Of a stretch of DNA of 64,000 bases, positions 1-13,027 are shown piece by piece (position 1 is the first letter of the stretch; the number at the start of each line of letters is the position of its first letter). The notes under the pieces are model-generated. The model was not told the origin of the DNA. It searched no databases and saw nothing but the letters and a program-made list of their open reading frames with translations. This stretch comes from Macrostomum lignano. Taxonomy: Eukaryota. The stretch covers positions 62,001-126,000 of the forward strand of contig NIVC01000274.1 of NCBI GenBank assembly GCA_002269645.1, written 5' to 3'. The position numbers and the translations under genes are program-made.

Positions 1-244
1 AATTCCAATTAAGTCTTATGGAGAAAATTTTCGACTCATATTTCGGACCGGACATCAAAGCTGTTTGCTATGCTGCGCTACGGCTCGCGACTTTTGCAGC
101 TTGATCAAAGAGTTTTTCTCTGCCCGTAGCAACAAATGAGGACGGCAACGATCAATAAGCAAGCACTTTATCGACGCTGCGGCCAAGGACCACTAGACAA
201 TAGTAACTGGACGGGAATATAACATTGCTGAGCGCGATCATATC

Positions 245-480
245 CAATCTCTATCTGATCTCTATTTGATCTCTAACCAATATTTATCCAATCTCTATCC
301 GATCTCTATCCGATCTCTATCCGATCTCTATCCGATCTCTATCTAATCTCTATCCGATCTCTATCCGATCCCTATCTAATCTCTATCCGATCTCTATCTA
401 ATCTCTATCCGATCTCTATCCGATCTCTATCCGATCCCTATCCGATATCTGTCCGATCTCTATCTGATGTCTATCCGATC
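245..480. repeat. minisatellite, 11-bp unit GATCTCTATCC
   Basis: About 20 tandem copies visible directly. Confidence 0.9.
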
Positions 481-1762
481 TCAGACTTTCCAACTACTTT
501 CTTGTTAACTTTTCATACATCGGCCGGCACAAACGGGCACAAAGACAAACAAATCATATATAAAAGATTGCAGTAACTTTATATGAATTGATATTAAAGC
601 TTTCAAAAAATATTTGAAAAAATGCAAAAACTCTTGTTAATTTTTTTTCATTTCGAGCTAACGATTTTGCAGCAGTCTACTAACATAGTAGTGTAAACAG
701 TAAAGTGCTTCTTTATAAGGCTGTATAAAAATCACTATTTTAGCAAGTTTTAACGATAGTTTCTAGGGTCTAAAATACTACTAATTTGCTACACAGATAA
801 CGATAGCTATACAGACGTATTGCCATATTTTCTCCCATATCCCGTCGCAGCTACCAATGCGGATATGCCCCCATCATTCTTGCCCTTCTTTGTCCTTCTG
901 CCAGACCGCGTCTGCAGGATGATGTGGAAGGAATCCCATTTTGGGAAGTATAGCTGGACCTTAACAGCCGTGCGGCTTCTGAACTCCCCCTTGCAGCTTT
1001 TCTCCTGTTTCTTTCTCTCTCCTATACATCCCGATTTGTAGTCGGGTAGAAGGATGCGAGGCAATGCAAGGCTACAGAAGATCAGAGGGTAACAATGCGC
1101 TCTGTATGCTTAAATTTACGACCGATTTTACAAGCTTGGAAGTAATAGAAAGCAAGAAATGCGGATTTGCAAAGAAGCGATAGAGGGCATTAAATCCTCA
1201 GCTGCTGTTCCGTTTGTTGCCCCCAAAAAATCTCCCCTTTTGCGCTGTGATTGGGAAAGGGGTGGATTTTGAATCCGATCCAGGGCCGCCTCCCCCCAAC
1301 GCAATCTCCCACACGATCGCGGCGCGACAACCCCGCTTAATCCGGTCGCATTTTCCCAGCAGTCGGATTTCATAGGAATAATCCTAGCCTAGCCCCGCCT
1401 CCCTCCCCAGCCTCACCCCACATCAGACACGGGACGGCAATAGTGATGCTGGGGCAAATGATGAGGCGGGAACTGCCATGCAAACAGCATTCTTCGTTTC
1501 TCGGTAGCTTCGCTGAATCGTCTTTTGAGATGCGGATCGAGGGATGAAGGAGGATTCTGTTGGGCAGAGATGGAGAAAGGGAAGACAGACATTCGGCAAA
1601 ATTCAGCAGCTTAGAGCGCGGGCTGAAATGTAAATTCGTCAGATTCTCAGTTTTCGCTAGTGAATGGAGGTTAATGAATTCGAAATTGCTCAGACAGGGA
1701 CTATTGACTGGGCTTCGGGACGGAATTGGCGCTGCGGGTCACTTCTCTTCTTTTGTATGTGG

Positions 1763-2180
1763 TGGGGAATAGTAGAAGAGATAGTGGTGGGGAGTAGAAG
1801 AGATAGGGGTGGGGAATAGTAGAAGAGATAACGGTGGGGAGTAGAAGAGATAGGGGTGGGGAGTAGAAGAGATAGCGGTGGGGAATAGTAGAAGAGATAG
1901 CGGTGGGGAATAGTAGAAGAGATAGCGGTGGGGAATAGAAGAGATAGCGGTGGGGAATAGTAGAAGAGATAGCGGTGGGGAATAGTAGAAGAGATAGCGG
2001 TGGGGAGTAGAAGAGATAGCGGTGGGGAGTAGAAGAAATAGCGGTGGGGAATAGTAGAAGAGATAGCGGTGAGGAGTAGAAGAGATAGCGTTGGGGAGTA
2101 GAAGAGATAGGGGTGGGTGGGGAGTAGAAGGGATAGCGGTAGGGAATAGAAGAGATAGCGGTGGGGAGTAGTAGAAGAGA
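1763..2180. repeat. purine-rich minisatellite, ~22-25-bp unit GGGGAATAGTAGAAGAGATAGCGGT
   Basis: Tandem copies; produce the repetitive minus-strand ORFs 1690-2362. Confidence 0.9.
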
Positions 2181-2804
2181 AAAGGGGCAACAGAGCCGTA
2201 GAAGCAGTAAAAATTGCATATATAGATCAGTGCATGCAGTGCTGAATTCTGAAATAGTTGAGTTAAATCCAGCGCCCAGTTAATAATGATGCACCAGAGC
2301 GAAAACCCTGCCGCATGCAAATGAGCCGGGCTGGCGAGCAGCGCTGAGCTGTGATAGAGCAATTTTCTGTATTCTGAACTCTGTCAAAAATGGAAGGTGC
2401 GAGGTCCAGGGGAGCTTGCGGTTCCGCTATTGATCGATGAGAGTCATTTCCGCATCTCCACCCGCTCCCCCTGGTTTCCCTGACAACGAGCAATTCGAGG
2501 TTCTCACGGAGGTTGTCGGGGGGGGGGGAGGATTTTGCCACCAAATTTCCCTCCCGAGGAAGGGGAAGGCGCAAATTATGGATCGCGGGTTGGTGCGGCT
2601 CTGTTCCGCTTGGGAGCTTCGCGGGCGACGAGTAATTATGGTTTACTGAAATAAAATTGAAGTCCTGATGATCTGGGCGGCCTGGCATGGCCAAAAATGG
2701 ACTGTTAGATGCGCAGTCAAAGAGATTTCTGAACACGTGAAAATATTTCCAATACAGTAGACGCGAAATGGCTCTAGAATAGATACGGGATAGATCAAAA
2801 GTTT

Positions 2805-4127
2805 AGGCACGAGATGGATACAGATTAGACACGAGATAGATACATAATAGACACGAGATAGATACAGAATAGACACGAGATAGATACAGAATAGACACGA
2901 GATAGATACAGAATAGACACGAGATAGATACAGAATAGACACGAGATAGATACAGATTAGACACGAGATAGATACAGATTAGACACGAGATAGATACAGA
3001 ATAGACACGAGATAGATACAGATTAGACACGAGATAGATACAGAATAGACACGAGATGGATACAGAATAGACACGAGATAGATACAGAATAGACACGAGA
3101 TAGATACAGAATAGACACAAGATAGATACAGAATAGACACGAGATAGATACAGATTAGACACGAGATAGATACAGAATAGACACGAGATAGATACAGATT
3201 AGACACGAGATAGATATAGATTAGACACAAGATAGATACAGAATAGACACGAGATAGATACAGAATAGACACAAGATAGATACAGAATAGACACGAGATA
3301 GATACAGAAGAGACACGAGTTGGATACAGAATAGACACAAGATAGATACAGAATAGACACGAGATGGATACAGAATAGACACGAGATAGATACAGAATAG
3401 ACACAAGATAGATACAGAATAGACACAAGATAGATACAGAATAGACACGAGATGGATACAGAATAGACACGAGATAGATACAGAATAGACACGAGATAGA
3501 TACAGATTAGACACGAGATAGATACAGAATAGACACGAGATAGATACAGAATAGACACGAGATGGATACAGAATAGACACGAGATAGATACAGAATAGAC
3601 ACGAGATAGATACAGAATAGACACGAGATGGATACAGAATAGACACGAGATGGATACAGAATAGACACGAGATGGATACAGAATAGACACGAGATAGATA
3701 CAGAATAGACACGAGATAGATACAGATTAGACACGAGATAGATACAGATTAGACACGAGTTGGATACAGAATAGACACGAGATAGATACAGAATAGACAC
3801 GAGATGGATACAGAATAGACACGAGATAGATACAGAATAGACACAAGATAGATACAGAATAGACACAAGATAGATACAGAATAGACACGAGATGGATACA
3901 GAATAGACACGAGATAGATACAGAATAGACACGAGATAGATACAGATTAGACACGAGATAGATACAGAATAGACACGAGATGGATACAGAATAGACACGA
4001 GATAGATACAGAATAGACACGAGATAGATACAGAATAGACACGAGATAGATACAGATTAGACACGAGATAGATACAGATTAGACACGAGATGGATACAGA
4101 ATAGACACGAGATAGATACAGAATAGA
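2805..4127. repeat. minisatellite, 22-bp unit GATAGATACAGAATAGACACGA
   Basis: About 60 tandem copies; source of the 'LYLSRVYSVSISC' ORFs. Confidence 0.95.
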
Positions 4128-4828
4128 GAAGAAATAGATCAACAGTTTCAGACGCAAAATAGATGCAGAATAGACAGGATATAGATCAACAGTTGATACA
4201 GGATAGATAGAGAATAGATGTGAGACACACAGATAATGGACACGAGATCTATAGTAAAAATATATGGAGATCAATTGAGATCCAAGAAAGTCGAGAAATT
4301 TTTGCGTGATTTTCTGCAAATATCGATTTTTTTCATGTCGGGTCACGGGGGCTCCCTTCAGCTCGCAAAGCAAAAAAGAAAATTGTAGAACACATCTGCC
4401 TCAAGGAGAGAATTTTTTCTCAAGCAAAAAAGGAGCCAGGTAGACAAAAAAGCACCGCTAGCTAAGCTGCTTTTTTCTCGCCAAAGCAAGGCATGCAAAA
4501 GCAGGCAAGTGGAGCGGCCATTTTTCATAAAACAGGCGACCCAACAACTGTCAGCTATTGCAATCAAAGAGGGAGAGAGAGAGGGGGGGTACACGAAGAA
4601 GAAAGTCCACTGCTGAACCGGTCCAAGTCCAACTCCTCTCTCTGTTTCCCCATTGCAGCAACAGCCAGGCTATAAGGTGTGTCGCAGTCGGCGTCCCACC
4701 CAAAACCGGTCCTGCTAGACGGTTCTACGCACCCCCCGCCCTATCCTGTTGGATTCCTTCCCATTCTCCGCTCTGCCCCCGCTGCTACCCTCCTCCTCCC
4801 CCCTGTCGTCTCCCGTCCCCTCCTCTGC

Positions 4829-5891
4829 ATGGCCTCCCCACGGCGCAGCGGGGCCAGGCGGGCCACTGTACACGCCGAGAGCCGCGGCCAGCTGCTGTTG
4901 GCCGGCCGAGGTTACGGCGACGACGGCTCCGACGAATTTGATTTGTATTGGCGCCTGGCCAATCGCCCCGCCGCTGCCGCCGCCGCTACAGGAGGATTAA
5001 GACCGGCCGCGGAAGAGCGAGTGGGCGAGTGGGTCCAGGACTTTCAGCAGGCCACGGCATCGGCGGCATCGGCTGAAGCGGCCCCGACGGCGGCAGACAG
5101 GAAGCAGCAGCTACAGCTACAGCAGCCTCAGCAGCAACTCTGCAGGCACAACCGCTCGGCTTCCTGCAGGCACAACAGGAGGCGTTCGGCGTTTCCCGAG
5201 TCCACAGCTTCGGTAGCGGCCAACGCATTCGCCACTTCATCAGCTGCGGCAGCAGCGGCGGCGGCTTCAACCGCAGAGGCACCAGCCGAGGAATCTGACA
5301 GGCCCCGAGCCAACAGCATGTCCGGCCGGCGGCTGCATGGCAGCGTCAAGGAGCGGATGGGCGGCCCGCGCGAAGGTGAAACTCTGGAGCTGCCGGAGCC
5401 GCGGGAGCAGCTGGTCAGGGTGCGCAGCTTCAAACGGACGAAGCACGGCCTGGTGAACCAGGGCGACGAGGTGCGCAAAGCTCGCAGCAACTGCAGCTTG
5501 AATAACAGCTCCGCCGGAGGCAGCGAGCTGGAACTCCGGCCGGCTCAGCAGCCTCAGCAGCAGCCGCAGACGGCCTTCATGGAGGTGCCAGCGGTAGCCA
5601 TCGGGTCAGGGGGCTCCGACTCTCGACTGCACCAGCAGCTCCAGCAGCAGGACAGGCGGCGCAGCAGCTCGGCGGCCTCTGGCGGAGCCGGCAGCGTCGG
5701 CAACTGCGGCTGCGCGGCTGAGGGCGGCGCGGCCGCTCCGCCGGTGAGCGCGGTGCCCATCCTGTACACCCTGCCGTCCTGCAGTCCGTGCCAGTCCTAC
5801 AGAGTGCAGGTGATGGGCGCGCCGCGAGTTGGCAAAACAACAATGTGCGAACAGTTCATGTCCTCGGAGAACAAAGTGCTGGATTCGACTG
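4829..5891 (+). CDS. Rgk: RGK-family (Rad/Gem/Rem) small GTPase, coding exon 1: long low-complexity N-terminus plus G1 motif
   Basis: First ATG after a strong acceptor (ttgcag, 4658) and an in-frame TAA (4673). Ends with YRVQVMGAPRVGKTTMCEQFMSSE (P-loop). Donor g|gtgagc at 5891/5892, phase 1. The track's start at 4679 is GTG. Confidence 0.85.
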
Positions 5892-6029
5892 GTGAGCAGT
5901 GCGCGAATCCTGTATGCTGGCGTGCCAATATAGCCACTGCTAATGCGTGAAAGCAGAAACCCTCGAGCAGTTGCGTAAAAGTGCTTAATGCATTTTTTGA
6001 GTAATAAAGCACCTTTTAGACTAACTGCA

Positions 6030-6765
6030 ACCTGTCCCCACAACAAGACATGTCCCCACACCGAGACATGTCCCCACACCGAGACATGTCCCCACACCGA
6101 GACATGTCCCCACACCGAGACATGTCCCCACACCGAGACATGTCCCCACACCGAGACATGTCCCCACACCGAGACATGTCCCCACACTAAGGCCTACTGT
6201 CCCCACACCGATGCCTACTGTCCCCACACTAAGGCCTACTGTCCCCACACCGTGACATGTCCCCACACCGAGGCCTACTGTCCCCACACCGAGGCCTACT
6301 GTCCCCACACTGAAACCTACTGTCCCCACACCGTGATATGTCCCCACACCGAGGCCTACTGTCTCCACACCGAGGCCTACTGTCCCCACACCGAGGCCTA
6401 CTGTCCCCACACCGTGATATGTCCCCACACTGAGGCCTACTGTCCCCACACCGAGGCCTACTGTCCCCACACCGAGGCCTACTGTCCCCACACCGAGGCC
6501 TACTGTCCCCACACCGAGGCCTACTGTCCCCACACCGAGGCCTACTGTCCCCACACCGAGGCCTACTGTCCCCACACTGAGGCCTACTGTCCCCACACCG
6601 AGGCCTACTGTCCCCACACCGAGGCCTACTGTCCCCACACCGAGGCCTACTGTCCCCACACCGAGGCCTACTGTCCCCACACCGAGGCCTACTGTCCCCA
6701 CACCGAGGCCTACTGTCCCCACACCGTAAATGTCCCCACACAGTGACGTGTCCCCACACCAAGGC
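6030..6765. repeat. minisatellite, 18-bp CCCCACACCGAGACATGT changing to 21-bp CCCCACACCGAGGCCTACTGT (RGK intron 1)
   Basis: Tandem copies; the CPHTET/CPHTEAY ORF is an artefact. Confidence 0.9.
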
Positions 6766-7454
6766 CTGTTTTTCTGCTTACTAACAACAGTACAATAAGA
6801 CGGCAAGTCAGTCAATTTTTGTTTCTCAACTAAAGTACAATCGCACAGATTGACAACTCGCTAGCAGATTGAGCTACTAAGCACAGCTAGGGATTTAGAA
6901 GCCACCACTAGCTGCTAAGCTGGAGTGCTGAAAGTGGAGAGGAGAAGCGGAGGCAAAATTGAAGGATTCGTGGAATGGAACTTGCTAAATAAGCAACACA
7001 CCAAATAGCTGAGACCTGCTCCCCAGCTCTCTTCCCTTCCTCCCTGTCTCCCTCTTGCCTGGCCATCCGAGTGGAAGAGAAAAATCGGGGGGGGGGTTCC
7101 CTAGAAGCAGCTCGCTTGCGGAGGAGACACTGAATGGCTTCGACTTCTGCAGGTCGAGATCTAGAGAAAAAGTTTCCCACAGGGCACCAGCAGCAGCAGC
7201 AGCAGCAGGGCGCCTGACAAAATCCCACGCCAAAGTGAAGAGGATAACGCTGCATCGTCGGGTTGAAAGAATTATCCTGCATTGGTGGACCTCCGGAGAG
7301 CTGCCCCCCCCCCCGGCTGAGGGCATTAATAATTTAACAAATAACCGCCGGGCCTCAGGCCAAGGAGAACTTCGATGGGAATCTGGAGTTAGCAACTCTT
7401 CATCAACTAGGCCAGTTTATGCAACTGCTGGATTCAACCCTGGCTTTTGAAACT

Positions 7455-7750
7455 TGCCACCCGAGACTTGCCCCACCGAGATTTGCCCCCCCCCCCACCG
7501 AGACTCCCCTCACCGAGACTTGCCCCCCTGACCGAGATTTGCCCCCCCACCGAGACCCCCCCCCGAGAATTGCCCCCCCACCGAGACTTGCCCCCTCACC
7601 GAGACTTGCCCCCCTCACCGAGACTTGCCCCCCACCGAGACTCCCCCCGAGAATTGCCCCCCCACCGAGACTTGCCCCCCTCACCGAGACTTGCCCCCCA
7701 CCGAGACTCCCCCCCGAGAATTGCCCCCCCACCGAGACTTGACCCCCGAG
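7455..7750. repeat. C-rich minisatellite, ~18-20-bp CCCCACCGAGACTTGCC
   Basis: Tandem degenerate copies. Confidence 0.85.
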
Positions 7751-8474
7751 ACTTTCCGTTGGAGACTGATTCTTCTCATTTTAATTTTAGCACAGAAAAA
7801 AACTGATGCCTATAAACTTACTTCAGAAAATGTCTGGAAATGATGATCTACGGGGAAGACTTGGCATTCCATATTCTAGTTAAAGTTCTTCTTGAACGCC
7901 TAAGGGAGGTAGGAAGGGGATAACGGACAAAACCTACTGGGAGATTTCATGCACATTCCACTTCTAACCATGCAGATCTCCGCCCGCCTGTCTGTCTGGA
8001 AGCTGGTTGGGGCTGCATCGCACCTATCCAGCCTCTCTTATCATCCCCATCATAAAGCCCAATAAGGTACAATGTGCTTGGGTTGCGGACAAATTAGTTA
8101 GAAAGCTACAACGCAACGAACGTGAATCCGCGTTCGCGGCAAAGATTGCATGAAGATTTTGACTTTGAAGGCTACCCGGTCAAAGGATGGGTAGTTCTCA
8201 ACCTGTGCCTGCCTCTCAACAGCTCGAGAGATTAACCTCATGAGATTAACTACTCAGCAACAGATTAAAATAGGACTGTCATTGGGATTACTGTCCCTTC
8301 CCGATGGCCTTTGCTCCGATAGGGTTGATCGATTGGAATCGCGAGCACCTTTGAAGCTCCTAAAGTTAGTCAAATTTCAAGTATTGAGTACTCGGAATTG
8401 GGCTTGAAAGTTGAAAGCTAGGTTGCATCTACCTGTGTACTGAGTTCGGCTGCAATTTGCGGATTGAAAGATAA

Positions 8475-8835
<361 letters not shown>

Positions 8836-8916
8836 ATTGATTAACATGCAAACAGCTAAACAAGCCACTCATTTATCCGTCTATCATCTACCTAACCCAC
8901 CCACCTGCCAATAAAG

Positions 8917-9023
8917 ATGACGACCAGCTGGATGAGTCGCAGGAGAAATTCGTGACGGTGCTGTTGGACAGTGAAGAGTACCACATGACCTTTCTGGACA
9001 CGGAGCGAGCCGACGATCCCAAG
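8917..9023 (+). CDS. Rgk: RGK GTPase exon 2 (DDDQLDESQEKFVTVLLDSEEYHMTFLDTERADDPK)
   Basis: Acceptor aaag|at (phase 1), donor aag|gttcgc (phase 0). Encodes beta2-beta3 and a degenerate G3 (DTER), as expected for RGK proteins. Confidence 0.85.
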
Positions 9024-9464
9024 GTTCGCCAATACGATTACATGTAGTTCGCTTTATTTAAAATGATTGTCTGAAAATGAAATAATACTCGAGCCTCATA
9101 TCGCATACTTTTAACGGTGCTCAATCATTTCAGTTAAACAAGGTTCGACAGAGTTGCTCTCTGTACTAAGATGCAGGGGTTTCTACTAGCTGTTTGCCTC
9201 TCAATGTTTCCTCTGTCTTCTTGTCTGTGCAACTCGACTGTCACTGAACTCCTTCAGTTTCAGTTGTACAGGCATAAAAACAATTAATAATTTAAAGTTA
9301 AAATTAGTCAGTTGGAGCGAGAAATTTTGAACCAAAATTAATCCTCTTTATAACTTCACCGACAAACTCTATCAATTACTTTGCTAACCTTTTCTGGTAC
9401 CGTAGGAACATTCTGCACTTTTATTTTCAGCCCTCCCTCTGTGCAAAGCTTGGGTAGGCACTGA

Positions 9465-10030
9465 GACAGGCAGACACGGACACTAAAACAGGCAGACATT
9501 AAGACACTAAGACAGACAGACAGATACTGAGAAAGGCAGACACAGACACTAAGACAGGCAGACAGATACTGAGAAAGGCAGACACAGACACTAAGACAGG
9601 CAGACAGACTCAGAGACAGACAGGCAGACTCAAAGACAGACAGGCAGACTCAAAGAGACAGACAGGCAGACTCAAAGACAGACAGGCAGACTCAAAGAGA
9701 CAGACGGGCAGACTCAAAGAGACAGACAGGCAGACTCAAAGACAGACAGGCAGACTCAAAGAGACAGACGGGCAGACTCAAAGACAGACAGGCAGACTCA
9801 AAGCAGACAGGCAGATTCAAAGACAGAAAGGCAGGTAGACTCAAAGACAGACAGACTTGCAGACTCAAGACAGACAGGCAGACTCAAAGACAGAAAGGCA
9901 GGACTCAAAGACAGAAAGGCAGGACTCAAAGACAGAAAGGCAGGACTCAAAGACAGAAAGGCAGGACTCAAAGACAGAAAGGCAGGACTCAAAGACAGAA
10001 AGGCAGGACTCAAAGACAGACAGGCAGACG
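9465..10030. repeat. GACA/GGCA-based minisatellite (~20-22 bp, GACAGACAGGCAGACTCAAA)
   Basis: Tandem copies. Confidence 0.9.
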
Positions 10031-10646
10031 GACAGCCATAGCAAAGTTATTTAACTGACCACAAAGCTTCAATCGCTCGCACAGAACTTCGGCTTGCTCC
10101 AGGCTCCCTATTTCCCTGTTTTGCCTTCGTTACCAATAAAGAAAATTCCTGGCGCAAATTGCATTTCTGAAGAGGCCCCACTCTGATGCAAAAGAATTAT
10201 AGAGAGACTAAAGTCTCTTTTAGTCAGAAGAGTCAGAGGAAAGAAAAGAACAGAAGACGGCGCGCATGCAGAGACAAGAAGACAGGATTCTGCAGTCAGA
10301 AGATATTTAGATAAGCCTCTTTTTCTCTCCTCTTGAGTCGAGCGAGCAGATGCGACTCAACGGTAATTAGTTACTGATTTGAGATCCCCCGAACCCCCAC
10401 CGCCTTTGCGCCACTGCTCAGCTTTGAGCTTGCCCCCCCCCCCCCCCGAGACTTCAAGCTCGGGCTTCAGTCTGAAGAGTGAGTTGATGGAAAAATCTCT
10501 TTCGATTCGATTCGATGGGGGCAATGGAGCGAAAGTTTCTCTAAAGAGCTTCGCTAGTTTGGATTTTTTAATAACTGTAATAGCTCGCACCTTGTCTCTT
10601 CGGTTCACTTTTATTCTGCTCTGCTAAAAGGTGCTCTCTAATTAAA

Positions 10647-10800
10647 ACTGAAGATTCGCTTCAGGTAAATCTGAAGATTCGCTTCAAGTAAATCTGAAGA
10701 TTCGCTTCAAGTAAATCTGAAGATTCGCTTCAAGTAAATCTGAAGATTCGATTCGGGTAAATCTGAAGTTTTCCATCAAGGAAATCTGAAGATTCACTTC
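10647..10800. repeat. 22-bp minisatellite AAATCTGAAGATTCGCTTCAAG with internal hairpin
   Basis: About 6 copies; CTGAAG...CTTCA dyad in the unit. Confidence 0.8.
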
Positions 10801-10908
10801 ATGCTAGGTCACTCTGGATGTTGTTCAAGGTTAACAAGGTTATTTTCACAAGAAACACTGTACACTCTCCCAGAAGCAGATTGTTGCAATCATCCCCCAC
10901 CTCCGCAG

Positions 10909-11089
10909 AGCGTCATAGTGATGGATGTCGACGCCTACATGATTGTCTTCGCTGTAGACAGCCGGCGTTCGTTCAATTTTGCCAAGCAGATCCTCAACGA
11001 GCTGGTAAGCGAAGCCAGAAAATCGGCCGCACTCATCATTGTGGCCAACAAGTCCGACTTGGTGCGCAGCCGCGAGGTCACCAGAGATG
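10909..11089 (+). CDS. Rgk: RGK GTPase exon 3 (SVIVMDVDAYMIVFAVDSRRSF...IIVANKSDLVRSREVTRD)
   Basis: Acceptor ccgcag|agc (phase 0), donor g|gtaatt (phase 1). Contains G4 NKSD and the RGK-typical DLVRSREV. Confidence 0.92.
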
Positions 11090-11126
11090 GTAATTAAATG
11101 CGCATTGATATTTGTGCTTTCTGGGC

Positions 11127-12215
11127 AATCCCCCCTGAGTCCCCCAGTCTATCTGAGCAATCCTCCCTTAGTCCCCCAGTCTATCTGAGCAATCCCCCCT
11201 GAGTCCCCCAGTCTATCTGAGCAATCCTCCCTTAGTCCCCCAGTCTATCTGAGCAATCCCCCCTTAGTCCCCCAGTCTATCTGAGCAATCCCCCCTTAGT
11301 CCCCCAGTCTATCTGAGCAATCCTCCCTTAGTCCCCCAGTCTATCTGAGCAATCCCCCCTTAGTCCCCCAGTCTATCTGAGCAATTCCCCCTGAGTCCCC
11401 CAGTCTATCTGAGCAATCCCCCCTTAGTCCCCCAGTCTATCTGAGCAATCCCCCGAGTCCCCCAGTCTATCTGAGCAATCCCCCCGAGTCCCCCAGTCTA
11501 TCTGAGCAATCCCCCTGAGTCCCTCAGTCTATCTGAGCAATCCCCCCTTAGTCCCCCAGTCTATCTGAGCAATTCCCCCCGAGTCTCCCAGTCTATCTGA
11601 CCAATTCCTCCTGAGTCCCTCAGTCTATCTGAGCAATTCCCCATGAGTCCCCCAGTCTATCTGAGCAATTCCCCCTGAGTCCCCCAGTCTATCTGAGCAA
11701 TTCCCCCCGAGTCTCCCAGTCTATCTGACCAATTCCCCCTGAGTCCCCCAGTCTATCTGACCAATTCCCCATGAGTCCCCCAGTCTATCTGAGCGATTCC
11801 CTCTGAGTCCCCCAGTCTATCTGACCAATTCCCCATGAGTCCCGAGTCTATCTGACCAATTCCCCATGAGTCCCGAGTCTATCTGACCAATTCCCCATGA
11901 GTCCCGAGTCTATCTGACCAATTCCCCCTGAGTCCCGAGTCTATTTGACCAATTCCCCATGAGTCCCCCAGTCTATCTGACCAATTCCCCCTGAGTCCCG
12001 AGTCTATCTGACCAATTCCCCATGAGTCCCGAGTCTATCTGACCAATTCCCCCTGAGTCCCGAGTCTATCTGACCAATTCCCCCTGAGTCCCGAGTCTAT
12101 CTGACCAATTCCCCCTGAGTCCCGAGTCTATCTGACCAATTCCCCCTGAGTCCCGAGTCTATCTGACCAATTCCCCCTGAGTCCCGAGTCTATCTGACCA
12201 ATTCCCCATGAGTCT
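11127..12215. repeat. ~29-31-bp minisatellite GAGTCCCCCAGTCTATCTGAGCAATCCCCCT (RGK intron 3)
   Basis: Starts ~40 bp after the exon 3 donor; about 35 copies. Confidence 0.93.
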
Positions 12216-13027
12216 TTCGCAATCTTGAGCAATTCTGATGAACTTTTCTCCCAATTTGATCAATAACTTTTTGAGAATTTATCAGGGATCCGAATTAATT
12301 GTCGTAAGATGAAGCTACCCAAAAATTAACTTCGACAGCTGCTTTTCTAACAGAATAATTTATTCTATAAAAACCGCCAACCCCTCGGAAATCTAACCCG
12401 CGAACCGGCCTTCCTCACCCATCAATTTAATTTTTTCTGCTTCCGCTTCCCCAGCCGATGCAAACGGACAGGCTGTGGGAAACCCAGCAGCCGTGTTTGC
12501 CCCGAGCCGCTTGGCCAAGGAATTCTAAACCTAGCAAGTCTGGAATAGACACTCACAGAGAGGGAGGAAAAACCGATACCAAATAGGGCCGCCCGAAAAA
12601 GGCTCCTCCCTTGCTTCCCAACCGTTTTTTGAGCCTGCCTGCCTGGGCCGGCTTCATATCTGGGCCTGTCCATTGTCCAACTTCCCAAAATGTACAGGGG
12701 AACCTAGACCTTACACATTGAAAGGGTTAGTACGAACTGAGGAACGGAGGAACCGAAATCAAGCTGGCGCATGTTTCTGGTGTACGACCCCCCATTAAGA
12801 CAGCACTAGCTGTCTTTACTGGGAAGGGCAGGAGAGTTTATGGGGACCAAGCACTATGCCCATAGTACATCCATGTACGCTCACTTGACTCATCACTGAA
12901 TTACTAGGCCCCATAAGTTATGAAGAAGAGCCTCTTTATTGTAAGGGCAAAGGCAAGACACAGAAGACCACTTTGGAGCTGTCTAGAACCTGCGAAAAAA
13001 GCACCAAAATTTGACCATTAAATTGCA

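Noticed and set aside
807-1064. Short overlapping ORFs on both strands
   Set aside because: No recognisable domain and no consistent splice partners. It may be a decayed element fragment.
4679-4828. Track's N-terminal extension of the RGK ORF, and the 63347-63481 extension of the myosin light chain ORF
   Set aside because: The RGK extension starts at GTG just after an in-frame stop, and the first ATG is at 4829. The ELC extension is non-homologous and lies upstream of an acceptor-like tttag.
12724-12790. Hammerhead-ribozyme-like core CTGAGGA...GAAA with a possible outer stem (GGGTTAGTAC / GTACGACCC)
   Set aside because: Stem II lacks the closing R-Y pair, and no stem III with a UH cleavage triplet can be drawn. 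A covariance-model search would be needed to revive it.
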